This document shows, one piece after another, positions 25,579 through 34,860 of a DNA stretch of 64,000 bases. Each line of letters opens with the position of its first letter. Position 1 is the stretch's first letter. The notes beneath the pieces were generated by a model. It worked only from the letters and a program-made list of their open reading frames with translations. It did not search any database and had not been told where the DNA came from. The position numbers were made by a program, and so were the translations under genes. This DNA is from a virus. The stretch covers positions 64,001 to 128,000 of IMG/VR virus record IMGVR_UViG_3300047157_000105; one strand, 5' to 3'.

Positions 25579-25739
25579 AAAGATCAAAAGAAGTGCAAGA
25601 CTTTATTGATGCTAACCCTGATAAGTTCAGGGTTGTATCACCTGAGGAGACTGCCAAGACTTTGCAAAAGCAAAGTGGCGGTTATTTCAAAGGTCAATCA
25701 GTGATGGGTCCATCTAAAAAGAAAGGCAAATCATCGTGA
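25566..25739 (+). CDS. hypothetical 57-aa protein
   Basis: AAGGAG RBS; MASIKRSKEVQDF...KGKSS. Confidence 0.6.
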   Translation: MASIKRSKEVQDFIDANPDKFRVVSPEETAKTLQKQSGGYFKGQSVMGPSKKKGKSS

Positions 25740-25798
25740 AGAATTTCATTATTATAATGTTAGTTATTATCAATTTTATTATTTGGAGTCAAGTATAA
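25736..25798 (+). CDS. 20-aa hydrophobic microprotein
   Basis: MKNFIIIMLVIINFIIWSQV; GTGA overlap upstream and TAATG overlap downstream. Confidence 0.5.
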   Translation: MKNFIIIMLVIINFIIWSQV

Positions 25799-26037
25799 TG
25801 TGGATTAAAGAATCAAAGCGTAAGACAATTGACACACTCGAAGGTATTCGTTTAAGATCAGCCAGACTATGGTTAGACAAAGATGGATTCCATCCTTTTT
25901 TAGATCAAGATGATCTTACTAAACCTGACTTACAGAAATCCATGGGCTGTAAGTATGATGAATTACCTAAGGAAGCTTGGGATACTATGGACAGATATGA
26001 TGAAGCATTAGCTAAAGGGAGTATATATGCCACGTGA
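25798..26037 (+). CDS. hypothetical protein
   Basis: Start at ATG 25798 after GGAG. Confidence 0.65.
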   Translation: MWIKESKRKTIDTLEGIRLRSARLWLDKDGFHPFLDQDDLTKPDLQKSMGCKYDELPKEAWDTMDRYDEALAKGSIYAT

Positions 26038-26620
26038 GATAAAAGATAAAGTAATATTAACTGACTGCGATGGAGTTCTCCTCGATTGGGAATTTCATTT
26101 TTATCGTTGGTTAGAAAAGACTGAAGGTCTACATAGACTTGGTGATGAATATAATGTTGCCAAAGCGGTTGGAGTTGCACAGAAAACTGGTGCAAGGTAT
26201 GTCAACTTGTTCAACAGATCAGAAGAAATGAAGAAGCTATCACCATTACGTGATGCGATTAAATATGTCCGCAAGCTGCATGAAGAGCATGGATATATTT
26301 TCCATGTCATTACTTCACAAACTAATTGCAAGCTTGCACAAGAATATCGTAAAGAGAACTTGCGCAATGTATTTGGTGATGTGTTCGAAGGGTTTACTAT
26401 TCTCAATACTGGTCAAGACAAAGATGAAGTCTTAGTCAATGATTGGGGTGGATCAGAATGTTGGTGGATAGAAGATAAAGGCGCGAACATTAAAATGGGT
26501 AATGATGCTAGTTTAAGGAGTATCATTATCGATCATGCATGGAATAGAGATTGTGAATATGACTGTTATCGTGCAAGAAATTGGAAAGATGTTTATAATA
26601 TAATTGAGGGAATAGTATAA
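26027..26620 (+). CDS. HAD-family phosphatase/deoxyribonucleotidase (T4 30.2-like)
   Basis: ILTDCDGVLLDW, VITS and WIED. Confidence 0.8.
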   Translation: MPREIKDKVILTDCDGVLLDWEFHFYRWLEKTEGLHRLGDEYNVAKAVGVAQKTGARYVNLFNRSEEMKKLSPLRDAIKYVRKLHEEHGYIFHVITSQTNCKLAQEYRKENLRNVFGDVFEGFTILNTGQDKDEVLVNDWGGSECWWIEDKGANIKMGNDASLRSIIIDHAWNRDCEYDCYRARNWKDVYNIIEGIV

Positions 26621-26835
26621 TGATAGTAACAGCTGAAAATAGAGAACAACACTTTAGATCAAAGAACCAATTTTATGTTGCTGGTTGGGTAGCGAATGAA
26701 CAATGTGAACTACCACAATCTTTACCAGAATCTTGTAGAGATAATCCAGTTATTGCCAAGCAGTATGAAGATTACATTGCTGGCTATGGAGATTGCGTTG
26801 CGAATATCGAATGTTTGAGTGCTGAGATTGTATAA
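26620..26835 (+). CDS. hypothetical protein
   Basis: TAATG-coupled ORF. Confidence 0.6.
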   Translation: MIVTAENREQHFRSKNQFYVAGWVANEQCELPQSLPESCRDNPVIAKQYEDYIAGYGDCVANIECLSAEIV

Positions 26836-26863
26836 ATAACCCTATATCACACAGGATAATTTA

Positions 26864-27034
26864 ATGTCGACGACAGAGAAGTTACAAGCGCTTGAAGATC
26901 ATGTTAAGCGTATGGGTATGATGGGGCAGTGGTATCAAAGATATGACATATCTGAGTCTGCTGAAAAATCAAAGAAGATTATTAGAGAATTAAAAAGTGA
27001 ATTGGACCCACCATGTGGTATGAGTAGAAAATAG
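26864..27034 (+). CDS. hypothetical 56-aa protein
   Basis: Late box TATAAATA at 26831-26838; AGGA RBS. Confidence 0.55.
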   Translation: MSTTEKLQALEDHVKRMGMMGQWYQRYDISESAEKSKKIIRELKSELDPPCGMSRK

Positions 27035-27048
27035 AATGGGAGGTAACC

Positions 27049-27357
27049 ATGGCGTTACTCGAAGATATAGTTGATTTTTGTAAGAAGGAATTGAGTATTC
27101 CTCAAGAGATTTTAGTATCTGTTGAGGTTGAAGATATATCAGAAGATAATGTTAAAGGTTGGACCACTGATTCTGCAGAAGATGATGAGTATGATATTGA
27201 GATTGATACAGGTCTTAGTTTCAAAGAGACTATCTTAACCTTGTGCCACGAGATGGTACATGTCCAACAACTACACGAACGTCGTGAGCTTGATGAAAAT
27301 GAAGCTTACGAAAAAGAGAGTGTATTATATAAAAAGTATATAAATAACACTCAGTAG
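27049..27357 (+). CDS. HExxH metallopeptidase-like protein
   Basis: TLCHEMVHVQQ...ENEAY; GGAGG RBS. Confidence 0.7.
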   Translation: MALLEDIVDFCKKELSIPQEILVSVEVEDISEDNVKGWTTDSAEDDEYDIEIDTGLSFKETILTLCHEMVHVQQLHERRELDENEAYEKESVLYKKYINNTQ

Positions 27358-27409
27358 CTAATCCCTACTCAAAAAAGGATATTTTTGTTTAAATAAAAAG
27401 GAAAGTAAT

Positions 27410-28168
27410 ATGTTTAAAAAACTACTAGTCGCGACGGCGGCAATGGCAGTATCCGCAACTTCGCTTGCAGGTATTAGTCTTTCGGGTTTGTATGAGGGTA
27501 CACTAGATTCACACGGTACATACTCTCAAGACATTCATACTACAATGAAGGGAACTGCAGGTGCGTCAAGCGTAACCGTTGTTCTTGATAAAGATTTCAG
27601 CGTAGATGATATGTATGTAGAGAGCACAGCTGGTGTTCTTACTCTAAAAATTGGTGACTGGTCAGGAGATGATCCTGATGTAACAAAGATTGGTGTAACA
27701 ACTACTCTTGGTGCATACACAGTTGGCCTTAGCCAAGTAAGTGGTGGTTCTACTGAGATTGACGCAAGTGGAACAATTGGTGGTATCGCAGTTGCAGTAA
27801 CTAATGTTGCAAGTGAAGAAAGAGAAACTACCGCATCAATTACATCTGCTGGTGTATCAGCTAAAGTTGTACACAATAAAGTCACAGCAGGACACAATTC
27901 AGAAATTACGGTTGGTACAACTGTAATGGGATTAGGTCTTGAAGCAGTTATGGATAGAAATGCTGGAGCAACGAATGACAATGAATTTTCAGTCTCTCGT
28001 GCTGTTGGTACTCTAGGTACTGTTAAAGGTATTTGGAATAAAACAGATGCAGCAACTCCTGTTACTACAAAGACTGTCGAGTTAACTCGTGGTATTTGGA
28101 CAGGTTCTTGGGCACAAGTTGATAGCGCAGACGCTACAGTTAAGCTTGAGGCAAAACTATCGTTCTAA
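27410..28168 (+). CDS. outer-membrane beta-barrel (porin-like) protein
   Basis: Signal peptide ending ATSLA; alternating amphipathic strands; C-terminal AKLSF beta-signal; late box at 27339-27346. Confidence 0.75.
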   Translation: MFKKLLVATAAMAVSATSLAGISLSGLYEGTLDSHGTYSQDIHTTMKGTAGASSVTVVLDKDFSVDDMYVESTAGVLTLKIGDWSGDDPDVTKIGVTTTLGAYTVGLSQVSGGSTEIDASGTIGGIAVAVTNVASEERETTASITSAGVSAKVVHNKVTAGHNSEITVGTTVMGLGLEAVMDRNAGATNDNEFSVSRAVGTLGTVKGIWNKTDAATPVTTKTVELTRGIWTGSWAQVDSADATVKLEAKLSF

Positions 28169-28193
28169 CTTAGGTATGGTACTCTAAGTAACT

Positions 28194-28221
28194 TGGGGGA
28201 CTTTCCTTATTAGGTCCCCCA
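28194..28221 (+). terminator. GC-rich hairpin after the porin gene
   Basis: tgggggact...ggtccccca stem; weak U-tract. Confidence 0.6.
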
Positions 28222-28243
28222 TCCTTTAAATAATGGAGACGTC

Positions 28244-28477
28244 ATGGAATATAATAATACAAAACTAATGAGCGAACACTATAAAGATGATGGTAGTGTT
28301 GCAAAGATTTATCAAGTAGTAACAGGAATGGATGGAGAACATTCGTTCTTTTCAATAACATACAAAGATCCAGCCGGTAATCGTATTATGCAAGAAGATT
28401 TTCCGTATAAAGCTTTAGGCTATGTGGAAGATGCTGCAGAGAACTGGACTAAGGGTATCAAATTATTAAAGGGTTAA
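28244..28477 (+). CDS. hypothetical protein
   Basis: GGAG RBS; YVEDAAENW motif. Confidence 0.65.
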   Translation: MEYNNTKLMSEHYKDDGSVAKIYQVVTGMDGEHSFFSITYKDPAGNRIMQEDFPYKALGYVEDAAENWTKGIKLLKG

Positions 28478-28479
28478 AT

Positions 28480-28725
28480 ATGGCAGATTTCGATTTTGGT
28501 TTTACTCTTGTAGATGAAGATGAATTAGAAGTTGCACAACAAGCAGTAACAGCAACGGCTTCAGCAGATAACACACAAGACAAACTAGACAAACTATATA
28601 ATGCTATCGGACCATTACTCAATAACTTAAAGGCTAATCCTGAGAAGGAATATATTAAATGGCCTAATCGTGTTGAGAAGGTAGAGGCATTTGAAACACA
28701 CATACAAAAAATTTACAAAGGTTAG
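28480..28725 (+). CDS. conserved hypothetical phage protein
   Basis: DFDFGFT...PLLNNLKANPEKEYIKWPNR. Confidence 0.7.
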   Translation: MADFDFGFTLVDEDELEVAQQAVTATASADNTQDKLDKLYNAIGPLLNNLKANPEKEYIKWPNRVEKVEAFETHIQKIYKG

Positions 28726-28756
28726 TATGTACTTTACACACTATCTATGTTATAAT
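28726..28756 (+). promoter_or_regulatory. class A promoter
   Basis: tatgtactttacacactatctatgttataat. Confidence 0.8.
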
Positions 28757-28788
28757 ATATCTAACACACACTAAATAGGATTTACATT

Positions 28789-29175
28789 ATGGCAAAACGT
28801 AAGATGAGTGAAGAGCAAAGAGCAGCCGCAGCGGCTAATCTAGCAAAGGCAAGAGCAGCAAAGAAACCTGCTGCATATAAAAGTATTGCAGCTAATGTTG
28901 TTGCACTAGATGATGACCACGGTTTATCTCTAGTTAACGTAAAGAGATATATCAAAGCAACCACAGAAAAAATGGCAGCATTAAGACGTGGTATCCAAAC
29001 TGGTGAGAGAGGTGCAATTGCTAAGTATGAATCGGCAAGAGTATACAAAAACCATTGTCAAACATATTTAAGAGAAGGTGTATGGTCTCTTGATTTCTAT
29101 GGTGAAGATGAAGAGAAGCCTATTTATTGGGCTACACTTGTTCCAGCTTATGACAAAGATGGGAATCAAAAATGA
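28789..29175 (+). CDS. conserved hypothetical protein upstream of gp33
   Basis: MSEEQRAAAAANLAKAR...YLREGVW. Confidence 0.7.
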   Translation: MAKRKMSEEQRAAAAANLAKARAAKKPAAYKSIAANVVALDDDHGLSLVNVKRYIKATTEKMAALRRGIQTGERGAIAKYESARVYKNHCQTYLREGVWSLDFYGEDEEKPIYWATLVPAYDKDGNQK

Positions 29176-29402
29176 GTGAGGATCTAAATAAGAAAGCATT
29201 CTCAGGTTTAGTTGAAACATATGTGCGTACTCACAGAGGCTGTCAATACATGGATGCTGTCATAACAGTATGTGAGGACAACGAGATCGATCTTAGGGAC
29301 AGTAAAAAACTGATCTCAAAGGAAATAGTTGACCACATTGAGTATGAAGCAAAGAAACTTAATCTACTGCAAGGTGGACATTCAGCAATGTTGCCTATAT
29401 GA
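29172..29402 (+). CDS. gp33: late transcription coactivator gp33
   Basis: YMDAVITVCEDNEID...LISK...IEYEAKKLNLL; synteny 33-59-32. Confidence 0.85.
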   Translation: MSEDLNKKAFSGLVETYVRTHRGCQYMDAVITVCEDNEIDLRDSKKLISKEIVDHIEYEAKKLNLLQGGHSAMLPI

Positions 29403-29977
29403 GAATGACAGGATATGAGGCCTTCACATTACATAACGCAATTAACCTCCACTTTAATGGATCTTACGATTGCTTTAAGTATAATTTTAAAACTAACGTA
29501 ACTGAAAAGACGTATTGGAAAAGGCCAGATAAATTTCAGTTAACAAAGATTGGTAAAAGGTTTAAGAGTAAAGATGATATTATTATGTACTTTGCTGCAC
29601 ATCAAGTAGCAGGTAATAAGTATAGTGGTGATATGATCAGAGACGAAGAGACTTATACCAAGTTCCTAAAAGTTATAGATAGTATGTCTTATGTATTTAG
29701 GAATGAGCTAGAACAGATTTCAGATGTAAAGTTTGATGATCTCTTGGAGATAGAAGAAACATATCCAAGAATTGTCCAGCTTCATCTCGAAGGCACGGTT
29801 TCATTAGAGACTGTGTGTATCATAAACCGCTTGACTGGGTTTATTGATAGGGCAAACAAACAGATCACAGAAACTATTCTATGGCCTGATTTGTTTAATA
29901 AGATATCAAAGTATCAATCTTTCTTAAAGTTTGATGACAATAAGTTTAAAAAGATTATTGTTGATATCTTTAAATAA
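29399..29977 (+). CDS. gp59: helicase loader gp59
   Basis: LHFNGSYDCFKYN; ...SLET; synteny. Confidence 0.85.
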   Translation: MRMTGYEAFTLHNAINLHFNGSYDCFKYNFKTNVTEKTYWKRPDKFQLTKIGKRFKSKDDIIMYFAAHQVAGNKYSGDMIRDEETYTKFLKVIDSMSYVFRNELEQISDVKFDDLLEIEETYPRIVQLHLEGTVSLETVCIINRLTGFIDRANKQITETILWPDLFNKISKYQSFLKFDDNKFKKIIVDIFK

Positions 29978-29978
29978 G

Positions 29979-30008
29979 TATGTACTTTTAGCAAAAGTAT
30001 GTTATAAT
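29979..30008 (+). promoter_or_regulatory. class A promoter of gp32
   Basis: tatgtacttttagcaaaagtatgttataat. Confidence 0.8.
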
Positions 30009-30052
30009 ATACAATGATACAAATTTATACTAATAATTAAAGGAGATGTACA

Positions 30053-30940
30053 ATGAGTTTTGCAGACTTAAAGGCGAAAGCTAATGACATGAGCGCATTA
30101 GTTGGTGCGGCCGGAACAGGCACCACAGAGAAGAAATCATATGGCGACGATCGTATGTGGAAACCCACGGTAGATAAAGCAGGTAACGGTTATGCTGTTA
30201 TTCGTTTCTTACCGACTGTTGAAGGTGATGACTTACCTTGGGCAAAGTATTGGGACCACTTCTTTCAAGGACCGACTGGACAATGGTATGTTGAGAAATC
30301 ACTTACTACTATTCAGAAGGACGATCCAGTATCTGAAATGAATTCTAAACTTTGGAATACAGGTATTGAAGCTGACAAAGATTTAGCACGTAAGCGTAAG
30401 CGTAGATTACATTATGTGTCAAACATCTATGTGGTTTCGGATCCTGAGAATCCTGAAAACGAAGGTAAAGTATTTCTATATACTTACGGTGCTAAGATCT
30501 TTGAGAAGATTATGGATAGCATGCAACCTAAGTTTCAAGATGAAACACCAGTTAACCCATTTGATATGTGGAAAGGTGCTAACTTTAAAATGAAGATCGC
30601 TAATGTTGCTGGTTACAGGAACTATGACAGATCTGAATTTGCTCCTGCTGAAGCCTTGAATGCCGATGATTCTGTGCTCGAAGGTATCTACAACAAGCAG
30701 TATGCACTAAGTGAGTTTACTGATCCATCATCATTTAAATCTTACAGTGAACTTAATCTTAAGTTGACACGTGTGTTAGGTGAGGAAGTAAAGATGGCAG
30801 CACCAGAAGATGATGCTCCATTTAATGATGCACCTGCAATGTCTGATCCTGTTGCAACAGCCGCTGATCCAGTAGCCAGAGCTGATTCGGACAATGATGA
30901 TACTATGAGTTATTTTGCTAAACTAGCAGCTGAAGCTTAA
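30053..30940 (+). CDS. gp32: single-stranded DNA-binding protein gp32
   Basis: DKAGNGYAVIRFLP, NPFDMWKGANFKMKI and an acidic tail. Confidence 0.95.
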   Translation: MSFADLKAKANDMSALVGAAGTGTTEKKSYGDDRMWKPTVDKAGNGYAVIRFLPTVEGDDLPWAKYWDHFFQGPTGQWYVEKSLTTIQKDDPVSEMNSKLWNTGIEADKDLARKRKRRLHYVSNIYVVSDPENPENEGKVFLYTYGAKIFEKIMDSMQPKFQDETPVNPFDMWKGANFKMKIANVAGYRNYDRSEFAPAEALNADDSVLEGIYNKQYALSEFTDPSSFKSYSELNLKLTRVLGEEVKMAAPEDDAPFNDAPAMSDPVATAADPVARADSDNDDTMSYFAKLAAEA

Positions 30941-30959
30941 GAGTTAATCAGTTATTGAG

Positions 30960-30983
30960 AAGGGGACGAAAGTCCCCTTTTTT
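30960..30983 (+). terminator. rho-independent terminator between convergent genes
   Basis: aaggggac-gaaa-gtcccctt-tttt. Confidence 0.9.
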
Positions 30984-30991
30984 AGTAGCTA

Positions 30992-32752
30992 CTATGGGTA
31001 CGCGAGCATATCACTGGTAACGCCTTCAAAAACAGAGCGCAGCTGATAACCATGAACATGCGTGTGATTATTTGTAATCATATCTCCACTATTTCCAGTA
31101 ATAATTGTTGTAGGTCCTCTTGTACCTCCAGATCCAAGAGATTGTAGTCTTTCCTTTTCTTCTACTTTTAAATTAGAAAATAAATCACCATCTCTATCTC
31201 TAGATAATATGTCATTTACTCCGGCAGAATTAAGAATACCAGCAAGCTCATCTACATTCCATCCTAAAAACCCTAACTGCTTTATTAGTTTATCTCTTTG
31301 ACTAGCAGTTTTTGCTTTCATTAATTCTTTAATTTTTGCAATAGCTTTATTTTTTCTATCAGCACTAGAAAAAGCTCCATTGTTCCTATCAGGTGCTAAT
31401 AGTCTAGCAAGTTCATCATTACTATTTGGACCAATTAAATCTGTAGTGTCTGCAGCCACATCATTTATCATTGTGTCTAGAGCTGCTTCAGCTTCTTCTT
31501 CATTTTGTGCATACGACTTCATAGCCCAACTACCTAATTCCCATGCAACCCATGCTCCAAATCCCCAAGGACCCATAAATCTTAATAGGCCTCTTCCAGT
31601 TAAAGATAAACCTCTTTTAAATCCTGGATTAGAATATAATCTTCCGCGTAAACTATTTTTAGGTGCATTTTTATATGTTGTTCTTAATTTATCTCCTACT
31701 TGTTTAGCCACATTTTGAACGATTGTGGCTCTCGATAATAAGGATGCAGTACCTGCCATTATAAACATGTTATCTATACTTTTAGAAAATGCACCTTGTC
31801 CTGGTAAATCAGGTAAATCTTCAGGCGGTAAGACATCACTAGTTAACTCTACATCATTCATCTCTTCGCCGTCATCAGAATTTGCTATACCTAAGAACGA
31901 ACCTGCTAATAGAGTTGCTAAAACAAGCGGCCATCTTCTTGGATTACCTAACATTCCTAGCATTTTCTTTGATAATCTATAGCCTTTAAATATTTTTAAT
32001 CCAAGCTTTTTAAAGCGTTGACTCATTACTCTTTTAAAACCTCTTTTCGTACCAAACCCAAACCATTTTTTCATTCCAGCAAGTAAACCAACTCCACCAG
32101 CGCCAGCTGCCCCACCAAGAGCATTAGCCAAGACAGATTCACTAAATCCTATTCCTCCAATATCACTTAGATCAGGTAATGCCATAGTTTGACCAATCCC
32201 TCTTGCTCCTGGTCCACCTAATTTTATTGCTTCTCTTCTTGCTTCTTCTTGTAATCTAAGTTGAGTATTAAATCTTTTTGTTTCTTCTCCGTATTGAGTA
32301 GTATGTATTCCAGCTATTTGAGATAATATATCTCCAATACCTAATAGTAAATGTTTTACATCAATATGAGCATCTGCAAAAGTACCTACATCTAATAATT
32401 TGTTTCCGATAAATTCTTGTTTTTCTTCATCCCAAGTAGAAACTATACTTGAGTTGATAGATTTTAGTAATCTATTTCTTTCAGTATTCTTTTTGCCTTC
32501 AGCAGTCTTTGTTATATTTGTATCAACGAATGTTTTTGCTTGACCTGCAATAAATCTACGACGAAAGTCCTCGCTCGAAGATACAATTGATTCTTGTTGT
32601 ACTTCTTGTGTTTCACCTTGTAATGCAATTTGTTCAGCACGTTTGGCTTCTTCTGATTCTCTTAATCTATCACGTACACTACTAGCATTCAGCTTTCGTA
32701 ACTGACCAACGACCTCTTGGAGTAACATCACATTTTGTTCTTTCTTAGCCAT
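30992..32752 (-). CDS. probable tape measure/baseplate hub protein (gp29-like)
   Basis: 586 aa, helical, with Gly/Ala-rich hydrophobic segments; directly downstream of gp26/gp51-like genes. Confidence 0.55.
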   Translation of the reverse strand: MAKKEQNVMLLQEVVGQLRKLNASSVRDRLRESEEAKRAEQIALQGETQEVQQESIVSSSEDFRRRFIAGQAKTFVDTNITKTAEGKKNTERNRLLKSINSSIVSTWDEEKQEFIGNKLLDVGTFADAHIDVKHLLLGIGDILSQIAGIHTTQYGEETKRFNTQLRLQEEARREAIKLGGPGARGIGQTMALPDLSDIGGIGFSESVLANALGGAAGAGGVGLLAGMKKWFGFGTKRGFKRVMSQRFKKLGLKIFKGYRLSKKMLGMLGNPRRWPLVLATLLAGSFLGIANSDDGEEMNDVELTSDVLPPEDLPDLPGQGAFSKSIDNMFIMAGTASLLSRATIVQNVAKQVGDKLRTTYKNAPKNSLRGRLYSNPGFKRGLSLTGRGLLRFMGPWGFGAWVAWELGSWAMKSYAQNEEEAEAALDTMINDVAADTTDLIGPNSNDELARLLAPDRNNGAFSSADRKNKAIAKIKELMKAKTASQRDKLIKQLGFLGWNVDELAGILNSAGVNDILSRDRDGDLFSNLKVEEKERLQSLGSGGTRGPTTIITGNSGDMITNNHTHVHGYQLRSVFEGVTSDMLAYP

Positions 32753-32930
32753 TTTGTTTTTTTATCCTTTCGTTTTGTTCTTTAACATGTTCCTGTAAAA
32801 GGGTTAAATAAATCTCCCTTTCCCATGGAATCATGTTATCTAGCTCTTCTAACCCAAAATTATGCTGATGCATTAAAGCAAAATTTAGTTTATAATAACT
32901 TATAACGCTACTATGAGAAAGGGTTATTGA
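32745..32930 (-). CDS. gp51-like baseplate hub assembly ORF with no good start; in the -1 frame of gp26
   Basis: SITLSHSSVISYYKLNFALMHQHNFGLEELDNMIPWEREIYLTLLQEHVKEQNERIKKQNG; begins at a T7 run. Confidence 0.75.
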   Translation of the reverse strand, partial: SITLSHSSVISYYKLNFALMHQHNFGLEELDNMIPWEREIYLTLLQEHVKEQNERIKKQNG

Positions 32931-33631
32931 AAAAAATCAGATAACCCGTTTAACTCTATACTATTACTTTCACCACATTTCTTACAATCAAAATTTAAAT
33001 CATAACTTAGATAAGGGGCTTTTGCCATCACATCAACTACTTGATTAAATTGTTCATTACTTAAACTTTCAACAAATTCTTTTACTTCTTTCTTAGGCAC
33101 ATCAGCAGTAACATATATTTCTTCACCGCTATATATTGTACCAATTGTAGATGCCATCATATTAATAATTGTTTCAGTCTCACTGGCTTCGTCTACTAAA
33201 TCAATGTGTCTATGTTTCATGGTAGGCCATTGCAATTCAACACTTATATCATCTGTTAATTTAATCATTGTATCTGTTTGATCTTTAAGATTCTTAACAG
33301 TAACCTCATCTAAATCAAGTTTTACTTCATTTGTTTCTTCACAACTTGCACAGTTGGGAGATAACTTAATACCTTCACCTACTGACTTTGCACGTAAAGT
33401 CACAAACATAAATTCAACATCAAAATTTGTTAGTGTATTAATATCAAGAGGTGATTCTATGCACTCCTCAATAATATTCATAACAGCATTCTCAATCTGT
33501 TTTTCATCTTGAGATTCCATTGCGATTAACAATAGTTTCTCTTCTTTGACCACGTATGGTCTATATGTAATACTTTTGCCTGTTGAAGGCACAATCATAT
33601 CATACTTTGGTGTTACCATTTTTGGTAGCAT
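32924..33631 (-). CDS. gp26: baseplate hub assembly protein gp26
   Basis: LPKMVTPKY, YRPYVVKEEKLLL, LRAKSVGE, two CxxC and GLSDFF. Confidence 0.85.
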   Translation of the reverse strand: MLPKMVTPKYDMIVPSTGKSITYRPYVVKEEKLLLIAMESQDEKQIENAVMNIIEECIESPLDINTLTNFDVEFMFVTLRAKSVGEGIKLSPNCASCEETNEVKLDLDEVTVKNLKDQTDTMIKLTDDISVELQWPTMKHRHIDLVDEASETETIINMMASTIGTIYSGEEIYVTADVPKKEVKEFVESLSNEQFNQVVDVMAKAPYLSYDLNFDCKKCGESNSIELNGLSDFFQ

Positions 33632-33655
33632 ATCAATTTACTCCATTATTAAAAT

Positions 33656-34276
33656 TTAACTATGTGGTCCTCTTAAAGGAGGAAGCCACGAATCTGACGA
33701 ACTTCTTTTATTCTCACGATCTTTGGTTGTTTTCCAATTATCATATTCCCATGTTACTGTTACTTCTATGATTCCATCAGCACCTTCACCTAATTCAACC
33801 TGACTTACTTGTATTGGGTAAGCATTTACTAAAGTGACTGAATATCCTACTGAATCTTCTTTGTCTCCTTGCAAAGCTGCTATAACTACATCCGCAACAT
33901 AATCTTTTTTATAGTGAGTTTTATAATGATTACCAGTGCTATTTACAATCATCTCTTGCCATAGATCAAAATATTTTTTCATATAATAATCACCGGTTAA
34001 TAAGAAGCTCATTGTGACTTCATCAGTAGCCATTGAATACGGCTTTTTTGCAAGGTGATGATTATGTGTGGCTTCAGTAGTAGATATACGTTTACCTGGT
34101 AGTACCGCAGCTGTACATAATATCCATGTATCGCGACCGTCTGTTACCCAATTATTATCACTCCCTTGGCTATTTCTAAGTGTAGGATGACTGAAATGAA
34201 CACCGTATCTATTGCCGCGTGCTATATTTTTACGTTTAGATAATAATGCTTTCATGTTATCTATTGGATTTGGCAT
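33656..34276 (-). CDS. gp54: baseplate-tail tube initiator (gp54/gp19-like fold)
   Basis: ARGNRY, LPGKRIST, YFDLWQ and LVNAYP; start more likely 34276 (TAATG overlap). Confidence 0.65.
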   Translation of the reverse strand: MPNPIDNMKALLSKRKNIARGNRYGVHFSHPTLRNSQGSDNNWVTDGRDTWILCTAAVLPGKRISTTEATHNHHLAKKPYSMATDEVTMSFLLTGDYYMKKYFDLWQEMIVNSTGNHYKTHYKKDYVADVVIAALQGDKEDSVGYSVTLVNAYPIQVSQVELGEGADGIIEVTVTWEYDNWKTTKDRENKRSSSDSWLPPLRGPHS

Positions 34277-34860
34277 TAGTATTGTCTCCTTGAATCTGAC
34301 CAAACTGTGCCAACACTGGCTTTCTTAAAGTTTGCTGTTTGTAAAAATATTGCTATATTCCATTCTGCAGCATTTACCTTCATTATGTTTGATGTTACAT
34401 TTGCTGACAAGTAATGTTTAAAGCATGGCTTAAAATATTTATAGCTTCTTGTTGCCATTAATAGATTATACGTTATCTTAAATCTTGTAGTCTTATCAAA
34501 CTTTTGATTAGAAGCTGTATCGTTTAATTTATCTAAGAAGATTGCACGAACTTTAGGTGGTAGATAATGTAAGTTAATACCATAGAATCCGTCTTTTGCA
34601 GGACCAACAACAATCGTTAATGGAAAAGCATCATAGTAAGGCAGGGTCTTTTTAAGCTTTGGATTATATGTATACATCACCATATCACCAGGTGAGGCAC
34701 CAGATTGCTTACGTAATCTATCATCTCCTAACATTTTACCTGCGCCTATCTTACCAAGCTTTGAAACATTCGATGCAAACCAATCATTTGCTTCTTTACT
34801 ACGAGCCTTTAATCCTTTACGGAATGCTTCGCCTTCTAACTTATCGAATAAACTAGCCAC
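34276..34860 (-). CDS. gp2: DNA end protector protein gp2
   Basis: YNPKLKKTLPYYDAFPL, GINLHYLPP and PCFKHYL. Confidence 0.9.
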   Translation of the reverse strand: MASLFDKLEGEAFRKGLKARSKEANDWFASNVSKLGKIGAGKMLGDDRLRKQSGASPGDMVMYTYNPKLKKTLPYYDAFPLTIVVGPAKDGFYGINLHYLPPKVRAIFLDKLNDTASNQKFDKTTRFKITYNLLMATRSYKYFKPCFKHYLSANVTSNIMKVNAAEWNIAIFLQTANFKKASVGTVWSDSRRQY

